The notes under the pieces are model-generated. The model was not told the origin of the DNA. It saw nothing but the letters and a program-made list of their open reading frames with translations, and made no database searches. The position numbers and the translations under genes were made by a program. Positions 45,107 through 56,218 of a DNA stretch of 64,000 nucleotides are shown here, piece by piece. The stretch is taken from IMG/VR virus record IMGVR_UViG_3300010344_001272, positions 11,046-75,045 of that record; one strand, given 5' to 3'. Source of the DNA: a virus (Duplodnaviria; Heunggongvirae; Uroviricota; Caudoviricetes). Each line of letters begins with the position of its first letter. Within the stretch, counting starts at the first letter, position 1.

Positions 45107-47553
45107 CTATATTTTGCTAAATTCCATCTCATTTTAACTCTATGCGTTTCATTATCTCTGGATTTTCTAATATCTGAATCACCAACATCAGAAATTATTA
45201 AATTTGGAAATGATGTAAAACATTTATTAAAGTTTTTTTCTTGAATATCATGTAACATGTTATCTATAGGACGATTTTTAAAATCATTTGTATTTAATAT
45301 TTGATCATAAATTGAATGATCTACTGCATAGGCAAAAGTTCCATCACAATTTTTACTCAAATAATAGCCTCTGCTAACATTAATTCCATTCCATTCATGC
45401 TGAGAGGCACCCAGATATAGCAATTTCCAATCACTTTTTATTTGTGAAATAAACTTTGTGAAATTATCATTAAAATTTTCGATGAATAAAACGTCATCTT
45501 CAAGAATTAAGATGCGATTATATTTATTATTTTTTGCATCCTCAATTATTTTATAATGACTTAGTATACAACCTACTGCATATTTATTTATTTTTTCATA
45601 CTGTTGTAGTACGTAATCTGGTATTAAATTTCCATCAACCGCCGAAAATCTTTCAACATTTATTTTTAATTCTAAAAATCTTTGATTCACGGTTTCCCAT
45701 TTATCAGATCTTCTATCTAAATTTAAACAGTACACGTGATCAAAATAATCATTTAATGGCGAAGATTGTTTAATTTTAGTACCATTCATTCTAGTTGGAA
45801 TTTCATTATAAGCAACATAAAATCTTGATTTACGAAGTAATTGTTTTTTATTTTTTAATTGATCTTCAGTGTTCCATAATCTTCGAAATTCATTATGGCT
45901 GATATAATTATCTTTGTTTAATTGAATAAATTCGTTGCTGTCTTTGGCATCAAATGGATAGTTTAAATCATTATATCCAGATCGACAACATCTCAATGAG
46001 AAATCAACATGACCCAGACCGCATAGTCCAAAATTTTGAACATCAATAAATCCGACACTCTTTATTAAATCTTTTGTAAATGTCCAAAATGCTCCCTGTA
46101 AATTTACATTATCTACATAATTTTGCAATATATCATCTTTAAAAATTGGATTACGAACTTCATTTCTTCGAACACCCCAATTTCTGTCATAAAAAATCAA
46201 ATGAGAATACCCAGATTGTTCAATGGCATTAATATACAAATCATCCCAGCCAGATTTAATAAACACTAAATCATCATCAGATTTAAACCCGATGTCAAAT
46301 TCTTTAGATATTGAGATTTTTAATAGTTGATTTGTTTGATGGTGAACACCTCTTCTGTCATTTAATATTATTATTATTTCAATTCCATCTAATTTTAAAT
46401 TACGTAAATATTCAACAGTTCCGTCATCAGAATTATCATCAGCAACAATTAAAGTCCATTTATGTTTTTTATTAATGGTGTTATACCATGTTTCGATGGT
46501 TTTTTTAAGAAATGATAAGCGATTATATGTGGTTACAGAGTATATTAAAGATAAAGATTTAGACAAATCCTTGGGTTCATCTTTAACATGATTTTTTATT
46601 TTTCCTATAAAATTTTTAAGAGGAAAAGTTTTTTTTTCTTCTTTATGTTCAATAGGCTTCTCTTGTATTTCTTCTTTTGGTTTAGGTGTAAAGACAGAAG
46701 AAATTCCTGAAATCATTTTTTGTACATATTCTTTATCTAAATAGGGAAGTTCTTCAAATAAATCAAATGGGCATCTTGTAACTTGCGTCCCGTCAAATCT
46801 TCCTGGCCCAACAAACGGATTTCCATAAAATCCCTTTTTATTTAAAACATTAAATTTAGCTTCAGAAAATTCTTCCCATTCTTTTATATACTTAACACTC
46901 ACAAATCCTGTCACTGGATTGTCTTTATAATATGAAAACTTTTCTCTTACTCGTTTTTCTCCTACCCAAGACAGATGATAAAGAGCATTCTTTGTTGTTA
47001 AGTTTATAGGTCGGTATTTAGCCCCATCGCAGTGCCCATATTTATTTCCCTTTTGATGACGTATTATTCTAACTGAGGAATTTGGTGTTGGATTTACATA
47101 TAATTCTTTGTTATTTGTCAAAAGAAATTCAGGGGTTTTATAGAAATTATAAAATTTTGTTCCTATTGAATTTACAGATCTTTTAAAAATGGTTTCAACT
47201 TCTGCAATTAAATCTTCTTTAAAAAATTCATCCATATCAGTACACCAGAAAACATCTATGTCATCATGAACAAAATTGCTTCCATAGGAAAACATTTTAC
47301 ATTTTATTTCGTTTCCTGCACCCAATGGAGTTACTCCAGATAAATCCGTTTCTTCAATTAAAGTGATCTTGTTGTCAGGATCTGGATAATTTTTTATAAA
47401 CTCGTGACTTCCATCATCTGAAAATTTTCTTTCCTTTCCAAATACATATAAATCATAAAAAATAAGTTGGTCAAAATGCTCATATAAAAATGGCATCTTG
47501 AGCCGTAAAAAATCTATTTCATTATACAGAATTGTAAAATGGCAGTGCTTCAT
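45103..47553 (-). CDS. multidomain glycosyltransferase (GT2 domain plus GT25-like C-terminal domain)
   Basis: LIVADDNSDDGTVEYL GT2 DxD block; C-terminal FDHVYCLNLDRRSDKWETV ... ILEDDVLF GT25-like. Confidence 0.55.
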   Translation of the reverse strand: MKHCHFTILYNEIDFLRLKMPFLYEHFDQLIFYDLYVFGKERKFSDDGSHEFIKNYPDPDNKITLIEETDLSGVTPLGAGNEIKCKMFSYGSNFVHDDIDVFWCTDMDEFFKEDLIAEVETIFKRSVNSIGTKFYNFYKTPEFLLTNNKELYVNPTPNSSVRIIRHQKGNKYGHCDGAKYRPINLTTKNALYHLSWVGEKRVREKFSYYKDNPVTGFVSVKYIKEWEEFSEAKFNVLNKKGFYGNPFVGPGRFDGTQVTRCPFDLFEELPYLDKEYVQKMISGISSVFTPKPKEEIQEKPIEHKEEKKTFPLKNFIGKIKNHVKDEPKDLSKSLSLIYSVTTYNRLSFLKKTIETWYNTINKKHKWTLIVADDNSDDGTVEYLRNLKLDGIEIIIILNDRRGVHHQTNQLLKISISKEFDIGFKSDDDLVFIKSGWDDLYINAIEQSGYSHLIFYDRNWGVRRNEVRNPIFKDDILQNYVDNVNLQGAFWTFTKDLIKSVGFIDVQNFGLCGLGHVDFSLRCCRSGYNDLNYPFDAKDSNEFIQLNKDNYISHNEFRRLWNTEDQLKNKKQLLRKSRFYVAYNEIPTRMNGTKIKQSSPLNDYFDHVYCLNLDRRSDKWETVNQRFLELKINVERFSAVDGNLIPDYVLQQYEKINKYAVGCILSHYKIIEDAKNNKYNRILILEDDVLFIENFNDNFTKFISQIKSDWKLLYLGASQHEWNGINVSRGYYLSKNCDGTFAYAVDHSIYDQILNTNDFKNRPIDNMLHDIQEKNFNKCFTSFPNLIISDVGDSDIRKSRDNETHRVKMRWNLAKYR

Positions 47554-47555
47554 GA

Positions 47556-48269
47556 TTATTTATAGTCCTTGTAAGATTTAACTTCAACAATATTAGAACC
47601 ATACTTCTCATTAATTTTCTTTTTAAGGAGACTACGTTCATCATTTGTTATATATACCGCTCTTGCAAGTTTAACGAATATTTCATCATATTGTTTACGA
47701 TCTTCTTTTATTCGAATATTGTCTTCTATTCCCCACAATGCCTCATTTTTCTTTTTTAGTTGAAAATAAAGTTTATCATCTATTGGAAATTTACTAGATA
47801 TTTCATTCAATAAGAGCAATTCTTTTTGAATTAATTTCAATTTTTCTTCATCTTTAATTCTTTCCATCTTTATTTCTAAAATAGAAATTTTATCATAAAG
47901 TTCTCCTAATGAAATTGGTGCTAATATTTCCATATTTTTGGTTGTTAATTGATTCCTATAATTTACTTTTACTTGATCTCCTTCGAAGTATTTTTCTGGA
48001 TGATTGAACAAGTTTTCAATTGGTGCCCAAGAAACTACTTCGAAATCTCCTGGTTCAACCCGCTCGTCTTTAAATAATCTATCATATGTATATCGATAAT
48101 TGCCAGGATGACCTCTAAGAGCCTCAAATGAATATGTTTTAAAGTCATTATTTAAAAGTAACATTGCCCCATCGCTAGTTCTACGAATCGCAAATGGGAT
48201 ATGTTGATCTACGTAAAGTTTTTTATAATACTCTTTTAGATCATTTAAGTTTTTTAAAGAATTTTCCAC
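47556..48269 (-). CDS. hypothetical protein
   Basis: 237-aa ORF. Confidence 0.35.
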   Translation of the reverse strand: MENSLKNLNDLKEYYKKLYVDQHIPFAIRRTSDGAMLLLNNDFKTYSFEALRGHPGNYRYTYDRLFKDERVEPGDFEVVSWAPIENLFNHPEKYFEGDQVKVNYRNQLTTKNMEILAPISLGELYDKISILEIKMERIKDEEKLKLIQKELLLLNEISSKFPIDDKLYFQLKKKNEALWGIEDNIRIKEDRKQYDEIFVKLARAVYITNDERSLLKKKINEKYGSNIVEVKSYKDYK

Positions 48270-48955
48270 GGTAATTTTGTTGTTGGTGTTCCGCCTTCTC
48301 CGACTAAATGTATTTTAACATATTTATGAAAATATAAATTTTCATCTTGTCTAAGTTGCATACAATCAATAAGATTGAAAAATGAGGAATCTATGCAATG
48401 TACTTCTTTAGCCTTTTCAATAGTATATAAAAAATGAAATATTGAAATATCTTTTCGATCTGGTCTAATTATCCGAATATCTGTTGGAAGTTTATCTGGT
48501 AACATAGGACGTTCAAAGTCATCATGAACAAAAATAAATTTACTATCATCTTTTAAACCAAGTTTATTATAGTAAACATTCTTTTCTTCTTCTAATTGTC
48601 GCTTAATGTAAAATCTTTTCCATTTATCTTCAAACGGAACATTAGCCATTTTATAAAATATTTGATCAAATCTACCCTTTGGATCCTCACGGAGTTCTTC
48701 GTGTAATTTTTGATGTCCTACAATTAAATAATTATTTTGAGGGCTAATAGAAATAAATTGTTGAACTTGATCTTCTTCCATTGGCATTATGTAAATTTTA
48801 GGATTGTCCCTAAACATCCACATAACATTTTTAGTATTTTTTGGTTTAGAAAAAACATAAATACGATCATATTTTTCTGCATAAAATCTCACCAATCCAT
48901 TGCAAGCAATTTGATCGCCGAGTCCTAAATGTTCATATATGTAAATAGTTTTCAC
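48254..48955 (-). CDS. hypothetical protein, possible GT9-like transferase
   Basis: N-terminal HLGLGDQIACNGLVR weakly resembles heptosyltransferase N-terminus. Confidence 0.3.
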   Translation of the reverse strand: MKTIYIYEHLGLGDQIACNGLVRFYAEKYDRIYVFSKPKNTKNVMWMFRDNPKIYIMPMEEDQVQQFISISPQNNYLIVGHQKLHEELREDPKGRFDQIFYKMANVPFEDKWKRFYIKRQLEEEKNVYYNKLGLKDDSKFIFVHDDFERPMLPDKLPTDIRIIRPDRKDISIFHFLYTIEKAKEVHCIDSSFFNLIDCMQLRQDENLYFHKYVKIHLVGEGGTPTTKLPWKIL

Positions 48956-49608
48956 AACGATTCATTCTTTAATAAAACATCATAGTCATATTTTTCCACA
49001 ACACTCCACTTTCCTGGAAGTTTCTTCAAAATTTCATCTAATCCTATTTCTCCTTCATACATTTCTTGTTCATATACTTCTGTATATAAGTATTTTGTAT
49101 TGGATAAAGCTTTTTGACCATGTTCTATTAAATCAATTTCAGCACCTTGAATATCTGCCCAAATAAAATCAATAATTCCTGGCTGAACTTTATCATAATA
49201 AGTATCGAATCTTATTGATGGAATTATGCAAGGTTGAAATTGCATATCTGGAAATTCTGATAAGGTTTCTTTTGGTTTTCGAATAGATGAAGAACCATAA
49301 AACTCCTGTTTTATTTTATCGGGTCTTGATTCTTGGCCACTAGAAAGATAAAATTTTACATTTCCATCTTTATTCCCTACTGCTGCTTGAACGAATGTTA
49401 TTTCGGGATGAATTTGATTATTTATTTTAAACTGAGGAACTATTCGCGGATCTGCTTCAAATGCGTAATATTTGAAATTCTTCTTGTGCTTTTTAAGAAT
49501 GTTGCACATCTGTTTTGTTTGAAGACCCTCACAAGTTCCAAATTCAAATATAACAGGAGCATCACTATTTTTAATGATACTCTGAAAATGATCCATAATC
49601 TCGATCAT
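48952..49608 (-). CDS. FkbM-family methyltransferase
   Basis: VIFEFGTCEGLQT ... YAFEADPR pattern. Confidence 0.5.
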   Translation of the reverse strand: MIEIMDHFQSIIKNSDAPVIFEFGTCEGLQTKQMCNILKKHKKNFKYYAFEADPRIVPQFKINNQIHPEITFVQAAVGNKDGNVKFYLSSGQESRPDKIKQEFYGSSSIRKPKETLSEFPDMQFQPCIIPSIRFDTYYDKVQPGIIDFIWADIQGAEIDLIEHGQKALSNTKYLYTEVYEQEMYEGEIGLDEILKKLPGKWSVVEKYDYDVLLKNESL

Positions 49609-49618
49609 ATTATCTTAT

Positions 49619-50422
49619 TTATAGTTTATAAAACTCTTCTTTAATTAAGTTTTGCCACCAACTCATTTTTAACTGATCAAATGATTGTTTATCTTTCCAT
49701 TTTAAAAAATGTTCATCCAATAATTCATATGTAATGTCAGACCATTTTTTTACTTGTAAGATTGGTAGATCATAATATTTGTATATGCGGCTCTCCAGGG
49801 TGATGGGATAACACCCTAGATAAAGAGCTTCCCATAATCTATGAGTGTCTACCCCATTACCAGGCGGGCATACAATAAATTTATGGTGAGCCATGTGTTC
49901 GCAATATTCTTCATAAGAAATATTGCTATGAAAAACTATTTGTAAATCATTTTTTTGTAATGTTTCTATGATATTACCTCGTATTTCCCTATTAGTATTT
50001 ATGTTCCAATTACAATAGAGAGCACAATCTTTAGGAACTTTTTTTAATTCATCAACATTATCAGTAAACCATTTGTGATCAGTAAATTTTCCCTTTGACC
50101 GGCCGGCATGATTTTCTAAACCCAATGGAATAGGAACTAGATTAGGATGATCATAAATAGCATTTTCAGCATACCATTTTACAATAGATTTAGGTGCAGA
50201 TTTAAATCTAGTTTCATTTATCGGATAATCAGACATATGAGAAATAAGAATATATTTTCGACCTGACCATCTCATATAATCAAATAACTGATTTAAAAAA
50301 TCAGTTTTACAGTAAATAATTGCATTTTGTTTAAATAGTTCTAATCCCACATTGTTGTGATCAAAATCGATAGCAAAATCAGCTATTTCTAAAAACTTAT
50401 TTCCGTTAATGTAATCTAACAT
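49619..50422 (-). CDS. hypothetical protein in glycan locus
   Basis: 267-aa ORF. Confidence 0.35.
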   Translation of the reverse strand: MLDYINGNKFLEIADFAIDFDHNNVGLELFKQNAIIYCKTDFLNQLFDYMRWSGRKYILISHMSDYPINETRFKSAPKSIVKWYAENAIYDHPNLVPIPLGLENHAGRSKGKFTDHKWFTDNVDELKKVPKDCALYCNWNINTNREIRGNIIETLQKNDLQIVFHSNISYEEYCEHMAHHKFIVCPPGNGVDTHRLWEALYLGCYPITLESRIYKYYDLPILQVKKWSDITYELLDEHFLKWKDKQSFDQLKMSWWQNLIKEEFYKL

Positions 50423-51108
50423 TAGTAAAATATTTTTTGTAAAAGTTCCATTTTTTTTAAATCTAATGATCTATCAAGAGATTTACATCTAAAACACCAT
50501 ATATTATCATTTTTTGTTTTAAAAAGAGGATCCTCAAGCTGTGATAAATTAGAACCACCTATATCTTTTCTGTCAAAATGAATATAAATATCAAAATAAT
50601 TAGGATATATTTTTTTTAATAACATTCCTATTCCCACATCATCTTCAGAAGGGTTTTTATCAGCAGGCCACAAATCCTTATTTTTGATTATTTTTTCTAC
50701 TACATCTCTAGATAATAGCATTGACATTCCGTTTGGATAATTCTTATTAAAACCTGGTAAAGACGCAGATCCAAAAAAATCCTTTAAATCATATGTTGAT
50801 ATAATTTTTTCAAATATATCTAACCTAAAATAAGCATTTAAACTAGTTTTTAAAATTATATCAAAATCTAAATTATTATAAGCTACTTCAAGTACAGACA
50901 ATAATTTTTTATACGTATTTTTAGCTCCATAATCTTCATCAACAACATTTATTATTTTTCCATCAAACGAATTAGTATTAGATCCTCCAAAGGAATAGAT
51001 AATATTTATATTACTATTTGTTGATGTACCCCAAGTTTTTTCTATTGTTTTTATATAATTATAACAGATTTCATGATGATACCCTAATATTAGTACAATT
51101 ATTTTCAT
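50422..51108 (-). CDS. putative GT31-like glycosyltransferase, paralog of 52951-53646
   Basis: DEDYGAKNTYKKLL and GMSMLLSRDVVEKI blocks resemble Fringe/GT31 family; conserved C-terminus with paralog. Confidence 0.4.
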   Translation of the reverse strand: MKIIVLILGYHHEICYNYIKTIEKTWGTSTNSNINIIYSFGGSNTNSFDGKIINVVDEDYGAKNTYKKLLSVLEVAYNNLDFDIILKTSLNAYFRLDIFEKIISTYDLKDFFGSASLPGFNKNYPNGMSMLLSRDVVEKIIKNKDLWPADKNPSEDDVGIGMLLKKIYPNYFDIYIHFDRKDIGGSNLSQLEDPLFKTKNDNIWCFRCKSLDRSLDLKKMELLQKIFY

Positions 51109-51131
51109 ATTACTATATAATTATTTTCATA

Positions 51132-51791
51132 TTACTCTATAACGATTCCTTGTCCTACAAACATTTTATTTTCATTCTCAACTTTAAATTGTCTCTTATC
51201 ACCCGACCATTGGCTCTGCACACTTTCATGAGCAATATGCTTATTTATTATTCTTGGCCAAATAGTTTCTTGTAAAAATGATTGATCAACATAAAAATAT
51301 TTTCCTCTTGGATGGCTTAAAACCCTATGTTGATTCTTTGATAACCAATCAGATAATAATCTTTGATAATTTGGTTTAAATTCTTTTGTAGCCCCCCACA
51401 TTCCACCACAAATAGGAACAACATTATGCCATTTATTGTCTCGCATAATGTGAAATATTTTTCCTGATTCTTCCCATTCTCTAACGGCATCAGCTTCTCT
51501 AGGATTTAATCTGCAATCAGTATCTCGAACTATAAATCGTTCTATTGAATCATCGTCTAATGGTTGAAATCTCCAAAACATTCCAAAATTTCCATCAGAT
51601 TTAGGCATAATAATAGTTTCAGCACCTAAATCTTGAAGTTGTTTTATTGAATCTTCTGGAACCGTTTCATCATAATAAAAACGACAAGTCCAACCCGGAT
51701 AAATTGCGGGTTGGAGTTTAGCATTCTCAATAGCTCCTTGAGAATAAAATGGATTTTTACCCCAAAGAGAAAAACTAATTATTTTATTCAT
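51132..51791 (-). CDS. putative DxD glycosyltransferase
   Basis: FIVRDTDCRL DxD-like motif. Confidence 0.3.
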   Translation of the reverse strand: MNKIISFSLWGKNPFYSQGAIENAKLQPAIYPGWTCRFYYDETVPEDSIKQLQDLGAETIIMPKSDGNFGMFWRFQPLDDDSIERFIVRDTDCRLNPREADAVREWEESGKIFHIMRDNKWHNVVPICGGMWGATKEFKPNYQRLLSDWLSKNQHRVLSHPRGKYFYVDQSFLQETIWPRIINKHIAHESVQSQWSGDKRQFKVENENKMFVGQGIVIE

Positions 51792-52006
51792 TCATCAACA
51801 TTAAATTCCAATGATTGTAAAGTACCCACATTTGATTTATTTTCACTCATGCCTCTTATGTAATTTCCATAATTTGTCATTACATTTATTGTTTGGCCAT
51901 GTATTGTTTTTCCATTAAAAATATAAGTGGCTTTAACTGTTCCCCTTTTATTTTGGATTTCTTTCATGACCTCACTCATGTTTTCACGAGTAGCAATTAT
52001 TTTCAT
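51788..52006 (-). CDS. hypothetical small protein
   Basis: 72 aa. Confidence 0.3.
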   Translation of the reverse strand: MKIIATRENMSEVMKEIQNKRGTVKATYIFNGKTIHGQTINVMTNYGNYIRGMSENKSNVGTLQSLEFNVDE

Positions 52007-52007
52007 A

Positions 52008-52286
52008 TTATAAAATTTTTACAACTATATCTTCATCGTAACTAAAATTTGCTTCTTCTTCTCCTACGAAGTCCCAATATTCTTCTTCATGTAATCGTTT
52101 CAAGCGATTTTTAAAATATTTTTTTATAACTTTTTGAACTACTTCATCCAAACCATTCATACCCTCTTCTGTATAAGGCCACAAGTCAAAGGTAATACAT
52201 TTTTTATCATGATGAACAGTCATGGTTTGTAAGTCTGGAAATTCTTTCCTAACTTTTTCTTCGAATTTTTCAATTAAATCTTTCAT
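52008..52286 (-). CDS. hypothetical small protein
   Basis: 92 aa. Confidence 0.3.
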   Translation of the reverse strand: MKDLIEKFEEKVRKEFPDLQTMTVHHDKKCITFDLWPYTEEGMNGLDEVVQKVIKKYFKNRLKRLHEEEYWDFVGEEEANFSYDEDIVVKIL

Positions 52287-52951
52287 AATGTTTCTTTATA
52301 ATGTTGCATAGTATCTTGTCTAACTGCAAATTTTCCATCAACATCTGAAAAATCAGCAATTTGATAAGCTGATAATGGTAATAACGTATATGATTTAAGT
52401 GTTCCATTTAATATAATATCATTTATAGCGTCATCTGCTGTTGTGTTAAATCTATACATTTCTTCATAAACCTTTTTAATACCAAGTCCTTTCACAATAT
52501 ATGCATGCGTACAATCTGTAAATGAAGATGTCCAAACATGATCTTTAATTTGTCTCATTTGATTAAATCTTCGTATGGCCCCACCTATAAATAAATGTTC
52601 CCATTCTATTCCTTCAAGTTCTTTTTCATATATGCCCATTCTTTCATTAAAGTCTTTTGAAAGAACGACATCATCCTCAAGCATTAAAGGCTGATTATAA
52701 CCAAGAGCTTTAGCCATTTTTAATGCACCGATATGAGATAAAGAACATGATGCAGCATTCATATTTATACTAGTCCATGAAAAATATGGTCTTCTTGGAG
52801 GAATTATTGTTACATTTTTTATTATTTTTCCATCAAATGCTGGATATACTAAAAGATTTTGAACACCTCTTTTTTTAAGATGTTCAATGACTCTTTTAGT
52901 TCTATCTTCTCGTCTTTCAAGATTAATTAATATAGCTACATCGTAAATCAT
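52283..52951 (-). CDS. glycosyltransferase family 25
   Basis: IYDVAILINLERREDRTKRV ... MLEDDVVL. Confidence 0.55.
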   Translation of the reverse strand: MIYDVAILINLERREDRTKRVIEHLKKRGVQNLLVYPAFDGKIIKNVTIIPPRRPYFSWTSINMNAASCSLSHIGALKMAKALGYNQPLMLEDDVVLSKDFNERMGIYEKELEGIEWEHLFIGGAIRRFNQMRQIKDHVWTSSFTDCTHAYIVKGLGIKKVYEEMYRFNTTADDAINDIILNGTLKSYTLLPLSAYQIADFSDVDGKFAVRQDTMQHYKETL

Positions 52952-53646
52952 TATGAATATATTTTATGTAATAATTCTATTTTTTTAATATCTAAATCCC
53001 TATTTACAATTCCATTCTGACTTGTTTTACATCGAAATGCCCAAATGTCATCATATTTTAATTTAAATAAAGGGTCACATAATCTAAATAGATTATTTTC
53101 AGAAATATCCAATCTTTTAAAATCTTTATAATTTTGTATGTAATTAGGATAAATTTGTTTTAATAGATATTCAATGCCAGTATCATCCCATTTAGTATAT
53201 GGATTATCTATATGCTTAATATCTAATATTTTCTTTACCACGTCTTTAGATAACAACATTGAAACCCCATGAAAACATCCTTTATCTAAATGACTGTCAT
53301 GAGATGATCCATAGAAATTATGCAATTCATAGGATTTTAATATTTTATATGTTAAATCTAATCTAAAATATGAGTTATTACTAGTTTTAAGAATTACATC
53401 AAAATCTAAATTTTTATATACAACGTCAAACACATTCAATAATTTATCATAAGTATTTTCTTCGCCAAAATCTTTAGATGTAACATAAACAGTGTCATCA
53501 ATTAATTCATTAGTATGATGACCTCCATAAGAATAAATTATTTGAATATTTTCATTTTTAAAATCCCCCCAAGTTTTTTTAACTACTTCAATATATTTTT
53601 CATATATGGGATTATGATACCCTAATATAACTACAATTAATTTCAT
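52951..53646 (-). CDS. putative GT31-like glycosyltransferase, paralog of 50422-51108
   Basis: SKDFGEENTYDKLL and GVSMLLSKDVVKKI. Confidence 0.4.
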   Translation of the reverse strand: MKLIVVILGYHNPIYEKYIEVVKKTWGDFKNENIQIIYSYGGHHTNELIDDTVYVTSKDFGEENTYDKLLNVFDVVYKNLDFDVILKTSNNSYFRLDLTYKILKSYELHNFYGSSHDSHLDKGCFHGVSMLLSKDVVKKILDIKHIDNPYTKWDDTGIEYLLKQIYPNYIQNYKDFKRLDISENNLFRLCDPLFKLKYDDIWAFRCKTSQNGIVNRDLDIKKIELLHKIYS

Positions 53647-54539
53647 TTTGATATATAATTTTTACCAAAATTTTGCATGTATTCTGAAAGACATTCTTTC
53701 CAATTTCTCATATTATTTAATCCTCTCGATTCAAGTTTTAGATTTATTAATTTTTCTGAGTATGGTCTTGGAGCCCAGTATTCTTTTTTAAAAAAATCAG
53801 AATCTACTAAATTTACAGGAATATTTAAATTTAAAAGCTTTATAATTTCGACAGCAACTTCATATCTAGAACAATCACCCGTACATACTTGATTATATAA
53901 ACCATAATGTTCATGTTCAATTATAGGAATCATATTTTTTATAAAATCATAAGTATAAGTCGGGGTTCCTAATTTATCACCTACTACATTTAATTCTAAT
54001 ATTCCATTTTTTATTTGGTCAAGTATTTTTTTAACAAATTTTTTATCTTTTTCTTCTCCTCCCATCATCCATCCAGCTCTAAAAACAAAATGTTTAGGAA
54101 CTAATTGTACAATTTTTTCTCCATAATATTTACTTTTTCCATAAATACTTTTAGGAGTAGGGATGTCAAAATCAGTAAATTTTTCTTGATCAACAGTATC
54201 AAATATTCCTGCTGTACTAATATAAACAATTTTGCAGTCATATTTTTTTGCAATTAGTGCAGCATTTTCGGCACCTAATGCATTAGTTTTCCACGAATTT
54301 TCTAAATTTTGTTCGCAATATTCCAAGTCAGTTAATGCTGCTAAATGAAATATTATATCAAAATTATGATCTCTAAAATAATTTTCAAAATGATTTAATT
54401 CTCTAACATCTAAATAAGATAACCAAGGTTCATTTAAATTTATGTCAGTAGCAATTACATCATATTTTTCAGATAGTATTTTATATGCTGCTTTTCCAAG
54501 CATACCACCACATCCAGTGATTAAGGCCTTATTTTTCAT
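53643..54539 (-). CDS. NAD(P)-dependent sugar-nucleotide reductase/epimerase (RmlD-like)
   Basis: ITGCGGMLG Rossmann motif, 298 aa. Confidence 0.55.
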   Translation of the reverse strand: MKNKALITGCGGMLGKAAYKILSEKYDVIATDINLNEPWLSYLDVRELNHFENYFRDHNFDIIFHLAALTDLEYCEQNLENSWKTNALGAENAALIAKKYDCKIVYISTAGIFDTVDQEKFTDFDIPTPKSIYGKSKYYGEKIVQLVPKHFVFRAGWMMGGEEKDKKFVKKILDQIKNGILELNVVGDKLGTPTYTYDFIKNMIPIIEHEHYGLYNQVCTGDCSRYEVAVEIIKLLNLNIPVNLVDSDFFKKEYWAPRPYSEKLINLKLESRGLNNMRNWKECLSEYMQNFGKNYISK

Positions 54540-55615
54540 TAAAAATTCTTAATTAATTCAAATGCTCTTTCAATAGTTTGATCCATATTTAAATACTTAT
54601 ATGAACCTAATCTTCCTCCAAAAAGGTATTTTTTATCTATATTTTTTAAATATTTTTCATAAATTTCTTGATTTTTTAAATCATTTACAGGATAATATGC
54701 AGGCAAGCCAATTTTCCAATCTTGAGGATATTCTCTAGTAATTATAGTAAATTCTTGTTGTCCAAATTCAAAATGTTTGTGTTCAATAATTCTAGTAAAG
54801 GAATATTTTGTTTCCGGATAAGAAATCATAAAAACTCCTTGAAAATCTTTAATTGGTAATAATTCTTCTTCAAATCTCAAAGATCTATAATCTAATGAAC
54901 CAAATTCATAATTATAAAATTCGTCAATAGCTCCAGTATATATTATTTTTTCATATTTTGAATCAAAATATTGTCGGTCATTCAAATAATCAATATTTAA
55001 TGTTATTGGAATATTATGTAATAATGTATCAAATAGCTTGGTATAATCGGGAATGCCTTGATAAGTATCATAATAATAACTATCATTATAATTTAAACGC
55101 ATTACCTGTCGAATCATTATTTCTGCTGGAATTTGCTTTGGATCTTTATTCCATTGTTTAATTAAATATCCTTTGTAAAATATTTCATAAATTTCTTTTC
55201 CTACATTTCCTAAAGCATATTCTTCAGCGTTAAGATATTTTTCTTTTTTGTATTCTTTTGTAATTTGTTTTATCTTTTCTTCAGCTTCAATAGGAGTAGT
55301 AATTCCCCATAATTGATTAAAAGTCATTAAATTAATAGGAAAAGAATACACATTCTCTCCATATTTTAATTTAGGTCTGCAAGAAAATTGATTTATAGTT
55401 GTATGTTTTGAAATATAAGACCATATGTTTTTATTTGATGTATGAAATATGTGGGGGCCATATTTGTGTACATTTATTCCATTGATATTTTCAGTATAAC
55501 AATTTCCTCCCACATGATTTCTTTTATCCACTACATGACATTTAAATCCCATATCTGTTAATTCTCTCGCTATAACAGATCCAAATAATCCCGCACCTAC
55601 TATAAGAAATTTCAT
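54539..55615 (-). CDS. glf: UDP-galactopyranose mutase
   Basis: FLIVGAGLFGSV FAD motif, NGINVHKYGPHIFHT, C-terminal LFGGRLGSYKYLNMDQ. Confidence 0.8.
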   Translation of the reverse strand: MKFLIVGAGLFGSVIARELTDMGFKCHVVDKRNHVGGNCYTENINGINVHKYGPHIFHTSNKNIWSYISKHTTINQFSCRPKLKYGENVYSFPINLMTFNQLWGITTPIEAEEKIKQITKEYKKEKYLNAEEYALGNVGKEIYEIFYKGYLIKQWNKDPKQIPAEIMIRQVMRLNYNDSYYYDTYQGIPDYTKLFDTLLHNIPITLNIDYLNDRQYFDSKYEKIIYTGAIDEFYNYEFGSLDYRSLRFEEELLPIKDFQGVFMISYPETKYSFTRIIEHKHFEFGQQEFTIITREYPQDWKIGLPAYYPVNDLKNQEIYEKYLKNIDKKYLFGGRLGSYKYLNMDQTIERAFELIKNF

Positions 55616-56217
55616 GAATTTTTTGCTTTTTCAAAAAATAATAAATTTATTAAATGACCACTATGTGAAAAACCTTGAAAATCTCTCATCGCAATTGCTA
55701 TTTTTCTCAGTTGCTTAGAGTATTCATCACCACATTTAAATCCGATTGAATTTAATTTTTCAATCCAATATTCAGCTGATTTAACATTGACTCTATAATG
55801 AGGAGATTCTGTTCCATCATAAGTCATTGCAATATATTTTGCATGTTTGAAATCATGTAAAAAATTATCTATAAATTTTTCTTCAACATGTTGAACAAAC
55901 TCACAGCACCAAATTAAATCAAATTCTTCATCTTCCAATGCCGAAGAAACAGTGTAATCATTTTTAATTAAATAACCCTCAAATAAACTATTATTAATAG
56001 CGTTTGACCCGCCTTCAATACCGACAGTATATAATCCCTTTTTGGCAAAATAGGCTGTTGATGCTCCTAATCCACATCCCATATCTACAACACTTTCAAT
56101 ATCATAATCTTTTATGATTTTATTCCATATTTCAGGCCCCCAAGTTCCTGGATCTCCCCAAGGAACTTTAGCACTCCACCACCCTCCTAAATGTTTTTCT
56201 TTTTCGTATCCGTACAT
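55612..56217 (-). CDS. SAM-dependent methyltransferase
   Basis: VVDMGCGLGAST motif I. Confidence 0.5.
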   Translation of the reverse strand: MYGYEKEKHLGGWWSAKVPWGDPGTWGPEIWNKIIKDYDIESVVDMGCGLGASTAYFAKKGLYTVGIEGGSNAINNSLFEGYLIKNDYTVSSALEDEEFDLIWCCEFVQHVEEKFIDNFLHDFKHAKYIAMTYDGTESPHYRVNVKSAEYWIEKLNSIGFKCGDEYSKQLRKIAIAMRDFQGFSHSGHLINLLFFEKAKNS

Positions 56218-56218
56218 A